From Clostridia bacterium (GTDB lineage: Bacteria > Bacillota > Clostridia > Monoglobales > Monoglobaceae): a stretch of DNA of 41,403 nucleotides. The notes under the pieces were generated by a model that saw only the letters and a program-made list of their open reading frames with translations, did not search any database and was not told the origin of the DNA. Below, piece by piece: positions 27,654 to 36,823 of the stretch. Every line of letters begins with the position of its first letter. Positions within the stretch are counted from its first letter, which is position 1. Location of the stretch: NCBI GenBank assembly GCA_036308515.1, contig JAXJVM010000119.1, positions 1-41,403 on the forward strand. Reading direction: 5' to 3'. Both the position numbers and the translations under genes were made by a program.

Positions 27654-28961
27654 TCAGGATTCGTCTTTGGATTGTTTTTTCAGTTCGTCTTTCATATCTG
27701 CATGGCGACGAATTGCCTCTTGGGTCATATGCTCCAGATAACCGCGCTCTTCGTACCGTTCCACCAGACCGCTTTCCACCATGGGTTCTGCATGATGTGC
27801 CGCTTGATACTTATAAATAAGCTTCAGCATAATGGGCGTCAAAATTGTGGTGGCAACTACCATCAAAATAACAGGAGCAAAAAAACTGTCCACCATCAAC
27901 CCCAATGCCGCGCCCTTGGTAGCAACAATCAATGCCACCTCACCACGGGAAACCATACCGATACCGATTTTAGTTGCCTGGAGATTGGTATAACGACACA
28001 GCTTTGCACCCAATCCGCAGCCGATAATTTTACTTAAGATAGCCACAAGGGTCAGCAAAAGCGTAAAGGCAATAATTTCACCAGACATACTTTCAATACT
28101 TACCTTTAAGCCCACACTGGCAAAGAACACCGGTGATAAGAACATAAAGGAAATGGAATCAAAATGATTCTGCATATATGCCACATGGCGATTGGTAGAT
28201 AAAACCAGACCTGCAACAAAGGCACCTGTAATATCAGAAACACCGAAGAAGTGCTCGGAAACATATGCCATCAGCAGGCAGAATGCGAAGGACAAAACCC
28301 CGAATCGGCGTAAATCCTTGTGATAGTGATTCAACCAGGGAATGACCACCTTAATGAAGAGGAAGGCAATCACACCACAGAACACAAAGAAGCCCAGAAT
28401 CTTCAAGCCAACCGTACCGATGCTGACCGAGGGGTCTGCAAAGCTCGTGATAATAGTCAAAGCAATAATACCCAGTACATCGTCTATCAGCGCCGCACCC
28501 AGAATAGCGTTACCCGATTTAGTGGAGAGCTTACCAAGCTCCTTTAAGGTTTCCACAGAAATACTTACTGAAGTTGCCGTCAGAATAACACCGATAAAGA
28601 TGTTCTGCAATGTCACCATAGGATCTGCACCCTTGTTAAAGATGCTGGCCAGAATCCAGCCTCCGATGAGCGGAACGACAACACCCATAATAGCAATGAT
28701 GGTAGCGGCAAGTCCGCATTTTTTCAGTTCCTTGATATCGGTTTCCAGTCCTGCACTGAACATCAGTACGATGACACCAACCTCTGCAATGTTGCTAAGC
28801 AACGAAGTCTCACCAATCCAGCCAAGACAAGCCGGTCCAAGCAAAAGCCCGGCAAGCAAAGCCCCAACTACCTGAGGCATCTGAATACGCCGTGTCAACA
28901 TCCCGAGAAGCTTGGTACTCAGCAAAATAATTGCAATGTCCAACAAATACTTAACTTCCAT
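27654..28961 (-). CDS. Cation:proton antiporter (CPA2, NapA-like)
   Basis: MPQVVGALLAGLLLGP, AGLETD, TATSVSI, AALIDDVLG, GMVSRGEVALI; start 28961 by AAGGA spacing. Confidence 0.9.
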   Translation of the reverse strand: MEVKYLLDIAIILLSTKLLGMLTRRIQMPQVVGALLAGLLLGPACLGWIGETSLLSNIAEVGVIVLMFSAGLETDIKELKKCGLAATIIAIMGVVVPLIGGWILASIFNKGADPMVTLQNIFIGVILTATSVSISVETLKELGKLSTKSGNAILGAALIDDVLGIIALTIITSFADPSVSIGTVGLKILGFFVFCGVIAFLFIKVVIPWLNHYHKDLRRFGVLSFAFCLLMAYVSEHFFGVSDITGAFVAGLVLSTNRHVAYMQNHFDSISFMFLSPVFFASVGLKVSIESMSGEIIAFTLLLTLVAILSKIIGCGLGAKLCRYTNLQATKIGIGMVSRGEVALIVATKGAALGLMVDSFFAPVILMVVATTILTPIMLKLIYKYQAAHHAEPMVESGLVERYEERGYLEHMTQEAIRRHADMKDELKKQSKDES

Positions 28962-29014
28962 TTCCATGTCCTTCTTTCTGTCAGTAAAATTGTGCAATAA
29001 CTCAAAACGTCCTT

Positions 29015-29043
29015 ATTATAGTTCACTTTTTTGACAAAGTCTA
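29015..29043 (-). promoter_or_regulatory. SigA-type promoter of the antiporter
   Basis: Minus strand TAGACT-17-TATAAT. Confidence 0.6.
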
Positions 29044-29155
29044 GGATAATTTCTGCCAAAAAAAGTTTCTCTACCTAAATATTATTCGTCATTTCGACAA
29101 TGAGTTTTTTCAATTTTTTAAGCTACGAGAAAAAACGAACCCATTTTCTTCAATA

Positions 29156-29173
29156 TTGTGACAAAATTAACGT
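29156..29173. promoter_or_regulatory. Rex-like operator upstream of the rnf promoter
   Basis: TTGTGACAAAATTAACGT versus Rex consensus TTGT(G/T)AA-N4-TT(C/A)ACAA. Confidence 0.55.
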
Positions 29174-29193
29174 TTTTGATTTTCGCGTTTTTC

Positions 29194-29222
29194 TTGACAA
29201 ACTTCTGTGGAATCGCTATACT
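29194..29222 (+). promoter_or_regulatory. SigA-type promoter of the rnf operon
   Basis: TTGACA-17-TATACT. Confidence 0.75.
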
Positions 29223-29257
29223 AAACAGAGTATGAATTAGGCTTGAAACCGTAGTTT

Positions 29258-29275
29258 TTGTCAAGAATTTAACAG
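29258..29275. promoter_or_regulatory. Rex-like operator downstream of the rnf promoter
   Basis: TTGTCAA-GAAT-TTAACAG, 12/14 match to TTGTTAA-N4-TTAACAA. Confidence 0.65.
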
Positions 29276-29326
29276 GCTTGTAAACTAGGTTCATCCCCTT
29301 ACTTATCAGTCAGAGGAGGTAGTGTC

Positions 29327-30655
29327 ATGAGAACATTTCGGGGCGGTGTACACCCCCACGGACGGAAAGAGGCTACAGCGGAAAAGCCAATTGTAGACCT
29401 GGCTCCGCCGAAAGAACTCGTCTATCCTCTGTCCCAGCACATTGGTGCACCGGCAGTCCCCTGCGTAAAAACAGGTGATGCCGTGCTCATGGGGCAGAAA
29501 ATCGCCGAAGCTAGCGGTTATGTCTCGGCAAACATTCACAGCTCGGTTTCCGGAACGGTAAAAACCATTGAGAAGCGTCTGCATCCCAACGGCTCGGTGA
29601 TGGAATGTATCGTCATTGAAAACGACGGTCAGGACACTCCTGTATCAGAACTGACACAGCCAAACCGGGATTACAAATCCCTCTCTGCCAAGGAGTTGCT
29701 CGACTTGATTCAGGAGGCAGGGATTGTTGGTATGGGCGGTGCGACCTTCCCTACCCATGTTAAGCTCACCCCTCCGCCGGAGGCAAAGATTGACTATGTC
29801 ATTATCAATGGTGCAGAATGCGAGCCTTACCTGACCTCGGATTACCGTGCCATGCTTGAAACCCCGGATAAAATTCTCACCGGTCTTGCGATTATTTTAC
29901 AGATTTTCGGGCTGAAAACCGGCTACATTGGCATTGAGGACAACAAGCCAAAGGCCATTGAGGTCATGCGTACTGCGGCGGCTGGTTTTCAGGACGCGGA
30001 TATTCAAATCGTTTCCTTAAAGACCAAATACCCCCAGGGGGCGGAGAAGCAGCTCATCAACGCAGTTACCGGGCGAAAGGTAAAACCCGGTCAGCTTCCC
30101 TGGCAGGTAGGCTGTATCGTCTCTAATATCGACACCGCCGCCTCCATCACGCGTGCCGTAGTTGAGCACAAGCCTTTGATGCAGCGGATTGTGACCCTAG
30201 GTGGAGACGCCTTAAAAAATCCCCTGAACTATCGCGTGCGCATTGGAACACCCTTTGGCTATATTCTGGAACAATCCGGCGGTTTCTCTGCGCCTGTAAA
30301 GAAGCTGCTCATGGGTGGCCCCATGATGGGGCTGGCAGTTCCTAACCAAAGTGTTCCGGTTATCAAAGGAACCTCCGGTATTCTCGCCTTTGGCGAAAAA
30401 GCCGCACGTTTGGATGCGGAACAGCCCTGCGTCCGCTGTGCAAAATGCCTGTATGTATGTCCCATGAGCCTTCAGCCGAATCTTCTGGATAAGTTCTCCC
30501 GGAGCGATGACTTTGCGACGTTGGAAAAGCTACATATTGCAGACTGTATCGAATGCGGAAGCTGCGCTTACGTCTGTCCCTCCAAACGCAGACAGGTGCA
30601 ACAGATTAAGGTTGCCAAGGTCAAGATGAAATCCGCGCAGACAAAGGCAAAGTAG
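29327..30655 (+). CDS. rnfC: Rnf complex subunit C
   Basis: TFRGGVHP, QHIGAPA, GIVGMGGATFPTHVK, NGAECEPY, YPQGAEKQL, two CxxCxxCxxxCP motifs. Confidence 0.96.
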   Translation: MRTFRGGVHPHGRKEATAEKPIVDLAPPKELVYPLSQHIGAPAVPCVKTGDAVLMGQKIAEASGYVSANIHSSVSGTVKTIEKRLHPNGSVMECIVIENDGQDTPVSELTQPNRDYKSLSAKELLDLIQEAGIVGMGGATFPTHVKLTPPPEAKIDYVIINGAECEPYLTSDYRAMLETPDKILTGLAIILQIFGLKTGYIGIEDNKPKAIEVMRTAAAGFQDADIQIVSLKTKYPQGAEKQLINAVTGRKVKPGQLPWQVGCIVSNIDTAASITRAVVEHKPLMQRIVTLGGDALKNPLNYRVRIGTPFGYILEQSGGFSAPVKKLLMGGPMMGLAVPNQSVPVIKGTSGILAFGEKAARLDAEQPCVRCAKCLYVCPMSLQPNLLDKFSRSDDFATLEKLHIADCIECGSCAYVCPSKRRQVQQIKVAKVKMKSAQTKAK

Positions 30656-30671
30656 GGAAAGGAGTATTATC

Positions 30672-31652
30672 ATGGAAGAAAAACTAATTGTGTCCCACGC
30701 CCCCCACATTGCCGGGAAGGACTCACTGCAGCGGATTATGCTGCAGGTCATTATTGCCATGCTTCCGGCATTGGCCGCAGGATGTCTGGTCTTTGGCTAT
30801 CGTGCCCTGGTCGTTACTCTGGTTTGTGTCCTATCCTGCGTGGTCTTTGAGGGACTGTGGCAAAAAATTCTCAGAAAACCCGTCACCGTTTCAGATTTCA
30901 GTGCCGTAGTGACCGGTATGCTGCTGGCATTCAATCTGCCGGCAAGCATCCCTCTGTGGATGGCGGTCATTGGTTCATTCTTTGCCATCATTGTGGTAAA
31001 GCAATTCTTCGGTGGCTTGGGTCATAACTTTATGAACCCTGCTCTGGGTGCCAGAGCCTTTCTTCTGGCATCCTGGGCACTGGCAATGACTACCTGGCCC
31101 CAGCCCGGAAGTACCATTCCGCTCTTTGGTAGTGCGGATGTGGTTACCTCGGCAACACCCCTGGCACTGTACGCAGAAAACGCCGGAACTCTGCCCTCCT
31201 ACCTAACTCTGTTTCTGGGCAACACCGGTGGTTGTATCGGTGAAACCTCTGCTCTTGCCATTTTAATCGGCGGTATTTATTTGCTCCTAAGCGGTGTCAT
31301 TCGTCTTAGAATTCCGGTTTGCTTTATCGGCACGGTTGCCCTTGGTACCTGGATATTCGGTGGTCATAACGGTTTCTTCACCGGTGACTGGTTATACCAG
31401 ATTCTGTCCGGCGGTTTGATGTTGGGTGCTTTCTTTATGGCAACCGACTACGCCACCACCCCCTTCACCCCGAAGGGCCAGCTTATCTTTGGTATCGGCT
31501 GCGGTATTATTACGGTACTGATTCGCCTGTGGGGCGGCTATCCCGAGGGCGTCTCCTACTCCATTCTGTTGATGAATGTAGTAACACCGCTCATTGACAA
31601 GGTAACGGCACCCCGCCGCTACGGTACAACCATAAAAAAGGAGGCGGCATAG
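30672..31652 (+). CDS. rnfD: Rnf complex subunit D
   Basis: KQFFGGLGHNFMNPA, SATPL (FMN-Thr), GCIGETS, FMATDY. Confidence 0.96.
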   Translation: MEEKLIVSHAPHIAGKDSLQRIMLQVIIAMLPALAAGCLVFGYRALVVTLVCVLSCVVFEGLWQKILRKPVTVSDFSAVVTGMLLAFNLPASIPLWMAVIGSFFAIIVVKQFFGGLGHNFMNPALGARAFLLASWALAMTTWPQPGSTIPLFGSADVVTSATPLALYAENAGTLPSYLTLFLGNTGGCIGETSALAILIGGIYLLLSGVIRLRIPVCFIGTVALGTWIFGGHNGFFTGDWLYQILSGGLMLGAFFMATDYATTPFTPKGQLIFGIGCGIITVLIRLWGGYPEGVSYSILLMNVVTPLIDKVTAPRRYGTTIKKEAA

Positions 31653-31653
31653 C

Positions 31654-32232
31654 ATGAAAGAAATCTCTGTTTTAACCGTAAAGCTTTTGCTGATTTGTGC
31701 TATCGTATCAGCGCTCCTTGCCGGTGTGAACAGCATTACCAAACCCATCATCGCAGAAAACGAACAGAAGAATTTTGAAATCGCCATGCAGGAGGTTCTG
31801 CCGGAGGCTTCCGGCTTTGAGGAAGTAGCCCTTAGTGACTATACCCCCTCTGAAACTGGTGTGATCTTGGATTCCCTCTACCAGGCAGACAACGGCGGCT
31901 ATGTGGTCAGCACGGTCTGTTCCGAGGGCTACGGCGGCGACGTCAGTGTGATGGTTGGTATTACCAAAGACTTGGCCGTCAACCAGGTGAAGATTATGAG
32001 TATGAGTGAGACTCCCGGTCTTGGTGCTAAGGCATCTGAGCCGGAGTTCATCGGACAGTATGACGGTCTTTCTGCCGGGATTGCAGTGGTGAAAAACACC
32101 ACGCCGGCGGACAATCAGATTGAAGCTATTTCCGGCGCAACCATTACCTCAAAAGCGGTTACTAAAGCCGTCAATACGGCACTGGAAGCCGCTGAAAAAG
32201 TAAATACCTCGAAAGGAGGGGCTGCACAATGA
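31654..32232 (+). CDS. rnfG: Rnf complex subunit G
   Basis: N-terminal TM, GYGG, ETPGLG, ISGATITS FMN-binding motif. Confidence 0.96.
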   Translation: MKEISVLTVKLLLICAIVSALLAGVNSITKPIIAENEQKNFEIAMQEVLPEASGFEEVALSDYTPSETGVILDSLYQADNGGYVVSTVCSEGYGGDVSVMVGITKDLAVNQVKIMSMSETPGLGAKASEPEFIGQYDGLSAGIAVVKNTTPADNQIEAISGATITSKAVTKAVNTALEAAEKVNTSKGGAAQ

Positions 32233-32858
32233 AGCAATCCGCATGGAAAACCTTACTAAACGGACTTATCAAAGAAAACCCCACCTTTGTTCTTCTGCTG
32301 GGTATGTGCCCTACTTTGGCAGTTACTACCGGCGTTACCAACGCCATCGGCATGGGTCTGTCTACCGCCGCGGTTTTAGTCTGCTCTAACGTGGTTATTT
32401 CTCTGCTGCGGAATTTTATTCCCAACAAGATAAGAATTGCCTCATACATTGTTATCATTGCCGGCTTTGTTACCATTGTGGAAATGCTGATGAACGCCTA
32501 CGTTCCGGCGCTGGCAGGAAGTCTCGGTATCTATATTCCCCTGATTGTGGTTAACTGTATCATTCTCGGACGTGCCGAGGCATTTGCGTCAAAAAACAAT
32601 GTACTTCATTCTGCATTGGACGGCGCAGGCATGGGTCTCGGCTTTACCTGTGCACTGGTCTTGATTTCCTCCGTCCGCGAAATCTTAGGCGCAGGTACCT
32701 TTGCAGGGATACCACTCTTTGGCGAAGGCTTCCAGCCGGTTTCTATTATGATTTTGCCTCCGGGTGCCTTTTTGACCCTGGGTATTCTGCTGGCGGTCAT
32801 CAATACCATCAGCAACAAGCGCAAGCAAGCAAAGGAGGGCATAAGTCATGATTCGTGA
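32229..32858 (+). CDS. rnfE: Rnf complex subunit E
   Basis: ENPTFVLLLGMCPTLAVT, PLIVVNCIILGRAEAFA. Confidence 0.96.
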   Translation: MKQSAWKTLLNGLIKENPTFVLLLGMCPTLAVTTGVTNAIGMGLSTAAVLVCSNVVISLLRNFIPNKIRIASYIVIIAGFVTIVEMLMNAYVPALAGSLGIYIPLIVVNCIILGRAEAFASKNNVLHSALDGAGMGLGFTCALVLISSVREILGAGTFAGIPLFGEGFQPVSIMILPPGAFLTLGILLAVINTISNKRKQAKEGISHDS

Positions 32859-33444
32859 TTTATTGATTATCAGTATCGGGGCAATCCTGATTAACAACTT
32901 TGTCCTGGTGCAGTTTCTGGGCATCTGTCCCTTCCTTGGTGTTTCCAAAAAGGTAGAAACCGCAGCAGGTATGGGTATGGCGGTTATCTTTGTTATGCTC
33001 TGTGCTTCCGCCATCACCTGGGTGGTACAGAAGTACTTACTGGAGCCTTTCGGCATCGAATACCTCCAGACCATTGCCTTTATTCTGGTCATTGCGGTGC
33101 TGGTGCAGTTTGTAGAAATGTTCCTGCAAAAAGCAGTCCCCGCCCTGTATAGTTCTCTAGGTGTGTATCTGCCCCTGATTACCACCAACTGTGCCGTGCT
33201 GGGTGTTGCCATCCAGAATATCAGCAAGTTTGGTGCAGCAGAAATGAGCTTCGTAAAATCCTTGGTCTACGGCACCTCTGCTGCCATCGGTTTTTTGGTT
33301 GCCATTGTCCTGTTTGCCGGCGTTCGTGAGCGGCTAGAGAGTGCAGATATTCCCTCTTTTCTCAAGGGTATGCCTATTGTTTTGGTAACTGCAGCACTAT
33401 TGTCCATTGCATTCCTGGGATTTTCCGGGCTCAGCTTTCAGTAA
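32848..33444 (+). CDS. rnfA: Rnf complex subunit A
   Basis: NNFVLVQFLGICPFLGVS, LPLITTNCAVLG. Confidence 0.96.
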   Translation: MIRDLLIISIGAILINNFVLVQFLGICPFLGVSKKVETAAGMGMAVIFVMLCASAITWVVQKYLLEPFGIEYLQTIAFILVIAVLVQFVEMFLQKAVPALYSSLGVYLPLITTNCAVLGVAIQNISKFGAAEMSFVKSLVYGTSAAIGFLVAIVLFAGVRERLESADIPSFLKGMPIVLVTAALLSIAFLGFSGLSFQ

Positions 33445-33459
33445 AGGAGCGTAGATACA

Positions 33460-34332
33460 ATGAATCAGATTTTAATTCCCATCCTGATTATTGGTGGTAT
33501 GGGACTTCTCTTCGGAGCACTGCTGGGTGTTGCTTCCCGAATTTTTGCCGTTAAGGTTGATGAGCGCGTTCCTAAAATCATGGAGGTGCTCCCCGGTGCA
33601 AACTGCGGCGGCTGCGGCTTTGCAGGCTGCAGTGCCTATGCCAATGCCCTGGTAGAGGGCGGGGTTCGCCCTAACATGTGTCCGGTAGGCGGTGCTCCCG
33701 TTGCGGCACAAATCGCCGAAATTCTGGGGGTAGAAAACGAAGAAAAAGAAAAAATGGTAGCACGGATTCTCTGTAACGGAAACCCCGAACGTGCATTGCA
33801 GAAATATGTTTTTGACGGTCCGAAAGACTGTCACAGTGCGGCACGACTGGGCGGCGGCGAAAAAATGTGCCCCCATGGTTGTCTGGGACTTGGCTCCTGC
33901 GTGAAGGTTTGTCAGTTCGGTGCTATCTCGGTCGAAACCGGTGTTGCCGTGGTTGACGTGGAAAAATGCGTTGCCTGCGGCGCCTGTGCAGCAGAATGTC
34001 CCAAGAAGATTATTAAGCTTTTACCTGCCAAGAGTAAGTATACCATTACCTGTAAGTCCGTGGAAAAAGGCAAGCTGACCCGTCATGACTGTCAGGTAGG
34101 CTGTATCGGCTGCGGCATCTGCGCAAAGAACTGTCCCAAAGAGGCAATCACTGTTAAGGATAATCTTGCCGCCATTGACCCCTTAAAGTGTGTCAACTGC
34201 GGTATCTGCGCCAAGAAGTGTCCCCAGCATGCCATCAACCACGTGGACAATCTGGGCGCACACTTTGTGATTCCCCCAAAGGAAAAACCTGTTGCATCAG
34301 CAAAAAAAACCGAACCTCAACCACAAGCATAA
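33460..34332 (+). CDS. rnfB: Rnf complex subunit B
   Basis: LPGANCGGCGFAGC, CPVGG and several CxxCxxCxxxCP ferredoxin motifs. Confidence 0.96.
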   Translation: MNQILIPILIIGGMGLLFGALLGVASRIFAVKVDERVPKIMEVLPGANCGGCGFAGCSAYANALVEGGVRPNMCPVGGAPVAAQIAEILGVENEEKEKMVARILCNGNPERALQKYVFDGPKDCHSAARLGGGEKMCPHGCLGLGSCVKVCQFGAISVETGVAVVDVEKCVACGACAAECPKKIIKLLPAKSKYTITCKSVEKGKLTRHDCQVGCIGCGICAKNCPKEAITVKDNLAAIDPLKCVNCGICAKKCPQHAINHVDNLGAHFVIPPKEKPVASAKKTEPQPQA

Positions 34333-34333
34333 G

Positions 34334-34375
34334 AAAAAGTGCAGTTCACATTTTGAAGTGAACTGCACTTTTTTT
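34334..34375. terminator. Bidirectional terminator after rnfB
   Basis: AAAAAGTGCAGTTCAC-N8-GTGAACTGCACTTTTT perfect 16-bp stem. Confidence 0.85.
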
Positions 34376-35439
34376 CACATATCAGCCGGCTCGCGTTTGA
34401 GCAAGCGCAAGAGCAACGGTTTTAACATTAGCTCCCAAATCAAACACAGGAGAATACTTCCCAGATACGCCGTCAGCGCACGATAACCGAAGCGAACTGT
34501 CAAATCTCCGATTCCCTTGCTATTGAGCCAATTGTTGGTCATAAAGAGAATCAGGCAATGAATGAGATAGATTCCGTAGGTGCTTCTATCTATGACCCAG
34601 AAGGGACGGAGCAGCACTGCTCCTTTATCTGCAAAAAGCTGAGACGCCATATAGAAAAACAAAATCGCTGCAATGGCATAGAGCACATGCACCTGTTCTG
34701 TCCAGGTGGCATTGGGATAAAAAATGCCGCACCATGCATTTAAGAAAATGGTAACTGCGAACAATAGCATGATAGAGAGCCAGCGTCTGTGCAGGTATTC
34801 TTGGAATGCAGAGTAGTGAAGCCCTATCATACACCCTGCCGCCCAGAAAAACAGATATCTAGGGAACAGAAGACGAATATCCGGAAACGTAACTCCCGAA
34901 AACAGGAGCCCCAGCATTTCGCTCAATGCACTTCCTCCCATGATACTAATCATCAGACAAATGGGAAGCACCACTGCCGGATTGCTCCGTTTAAACAGCA
35001 ACATCCACACCGGCGCCAGAAGATAAAACTGCACCAATACCACAATAAAATAAAACTGTGCCGAAAGTCCTCCGCTGAGTATAAACCTGCCAAGCTCCCA
35101 CCAGGAAAAGGTATAGACATTCCGGTAGCAGAAATAGAGATAGTAGACAAACACCCAGAATATGTAAGGCAGTACAATGGAAACCAATCGTGACAGATAG
35201 AACCGTCCATAGTGGAGCCCCTCTCCTTTCAAAGCCAGTTTAACACCGCTGAGGAGAATAAATCCGTACACTGCAAAGCCAGATAACCGTGACAGCGTAG
35301 AAACCGCCCAATACATAGTTCGTCCGTGGTCCATATTAAGTACCACCTCTGAGGACACATGAATAAACACCACGAGAAAGCAGAACAGGATATTCAGAAA
35401 AACGATATCCTGCTTCCGTTGGGTCTGTTTTTGCGCCAT
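34375..35439 (-). CDS. Acyltransferase family 3 membrane protein (putative O-acyltransferase)
   Basis: LVVFIH, FILLSG, RLVSIVLPY, QFYFI..QFYLLAP, TYGIYLIH; many hydrophobic segments. Confidence 0.85.
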   Translation of the reverse strand: MAQKQTQRKQDIVFLNILFCFLVVFIHVSSEVVLNMDHGRTMYWAVSTLSRLSGFAVYGFILLSGVKLALKGEGLHYGRFYLSRLVSIVLPYIFWVFVYYLYFCYRNVYTFSWWELGRFILSGGLSAQFYFIVVLVQFYLLAPVWMLLFKRSNPAVVLPICLMISIMGGSALSEMLGLLFSGVTFPDIRLLFPRYLFFWAAGCMIGLHYSAFQEYLHRRWLSIMLLFAVTIFLNAWCGIFYPNATWTEQVHVLYAIAAILFFYMASQLFADKGAVLLRPFWVIDRSTYGIYLIHCLILFMTNNWLNSKGIGDLTVRFGYRALTAYLGSILLCLIWELMLKPLLLRLLKREPADM

Positions 35440-35456
35440 GGTACTTCCTCCTTTGG

Positions 35457-36758
35457 TTACTTCTTGGTATAACTTTCGATTTCTTCCAGACTTCGTGCTG
35501 CCACTGCTGCGGCTTTTTCCCGTTTATCCCGGATACGCTGCTCCAAAGGAGTCATAATGCCGTAGTTCACGTTCATGGGCTGGAAGTTGGTGATACTCTC
35601 GTTGGCAATATACGCCCCCAGTGCACCGATTGCCGTTTTAGCAGAAAATGCCGGAACCTCCTGTCCCTGCAGCTTAGCTGCAACTGCTAGTCCTGCTAAA
35701 AGCCCGGAGGCTGCGGATTCTACATAACCCTCTACTCCGGTAATCTGCCCGGCAAAGGTGATTTTGGGGTATTTTTTCATGCTATAATCACTGTTGAGCA
35801 ATTTGGGAGCATTGAGGTACGTATTTCTGTGCATGACGCCGTAACGCATAAATTCTGCATGTTCCAGTCCCGGAATCATGGAGAACACCCGTTTCTGCTC
35901 CGGGAACTTCAAATGGGTCTGGAAACCTACAATATTATACATACTGCCGGCAGCGTTGTCCTGACGGAGCTGTACCACTGCATAAGGTCTGGAACCGTCA
36001 TGGGGATTGGTCAGTCCCACCGGTTTGAGCGGACCGAAACGCATGGTGTCCTCGCCGCGCTTTGCCATAATCTCAATAGGCATACATCCTTCAAAGACCT
36101 TCGGATCCTCCACACCCTCATGGACAGGCGCACCCTCGGCGGTAATCAGCGCCTGATAAAAAGCCAGGTACTCTTCCCGGGTCATGGGACAGTTGATATA
36201 GTCATCTCCGCCTTTGCCGTATCTGGCGGCCTTAAACGCCTTGGTCATATCAATGCTCTCATAATTGACGATAGGTGCTGCTGCATCGAAAAAGTGCAGA
36301 TAGTCATCTCCGGTAAGCCGCTGAATTTCCTCTGCCAGACTGTCGGAAACCAAAGGCCCAGCCGCCACAATCACCCATGCAGCCTCCGGGATTTGGGTAA
36401 TCTCTTTTTCCTCTACGGTGATGTTGGGGTGGTTGGTAATCTTCTCGGTCACCATTTTGGAAAACCCCTGCCGATCCACCGCCAGTGCACCACCGGCAGG
36501 AACCTTGGTGGCATCTGCGCATAGCATAATCAGGGAATTGAGCTTGCGCATTTCCTCTTTTAGCAGTCCTACTGCATTATAGATGCCGTCTGCACGCAAC
36601 GAATTACTGCAGACCAGTTCGGCAAAATGCTTGTCCTTATGCGCCGGAGAGAACTTTCCCGGCTTCATTTCATAAAGGCGAACCTTGATTCCCTTTTCTG
36701 CCGCCTGCCATGCCGCTTCACAACCGGCAAGACCGGCTCCAATGACCTGTAATTCCAT
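35457..36758 (-). CDS. trmFO: Folate/FAD-dependent tRNA (uracil-54) methyltransferase
   Basis: IGAGLAGCEAAWQ, AELVCSNS, FFDAAAP, FGPLKPVGL, GQITGVEGYVESAASG; downstream of topA. Confidence 0.97.
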   Translation of the reverse strand: MELQVIGAGLAGCEAAWQAAEKGIKVRLYEMKPGKFSPAHKDKHFAELVCSNSLRADGIYNAVGLLKEEMRKLNSLIMLCADATKVPAGGALAVDRQGFSKMVTEKITNHPNITVEEKEITQIPEAAWVIVAAGPLVSDSLAEEIQRLTGDDYLHFFDAAAPIVNYESIDMTKAFKAARYGKGGDDYINCPMTREEYLAFYQALITAEGAPVHEGVEDPKVFEGCMPIEIMAKRGEDTMRFGPLKPVGLTNPHDGSRPYAVVQLRQDNAAGSMYNIVGFQTHLKFPEQKRVFSMIPGLEHAEFMRYGVMHRNTYLNAPKLLNSDYSMKKYPKITFAGQITGVEGYVESAASGLLAGLAVAAKLQGQEVPAFSAKTAIGALGAYIANESITNFQPMNVNYGIMTPLEQRIRDKREKAAAVAARSLEEIESYTKK

Positions 36759-36785
36759 AGTATTATCCCTTTCGTTCCAAATCCA

Positions 36786-36811
36786 GAAAAACCTCCGACC
36801 ACGCCGGAGGC
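36786..36811 (-). terminator. Possible internal terminator between topA and trmFO
   Basis: CCTCCG-N7-CGGAGG stem followed by T5 on the minus strand. Confidence 0.5.
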
Positions 36812-36823
36812 TTTCTTCTGTTT

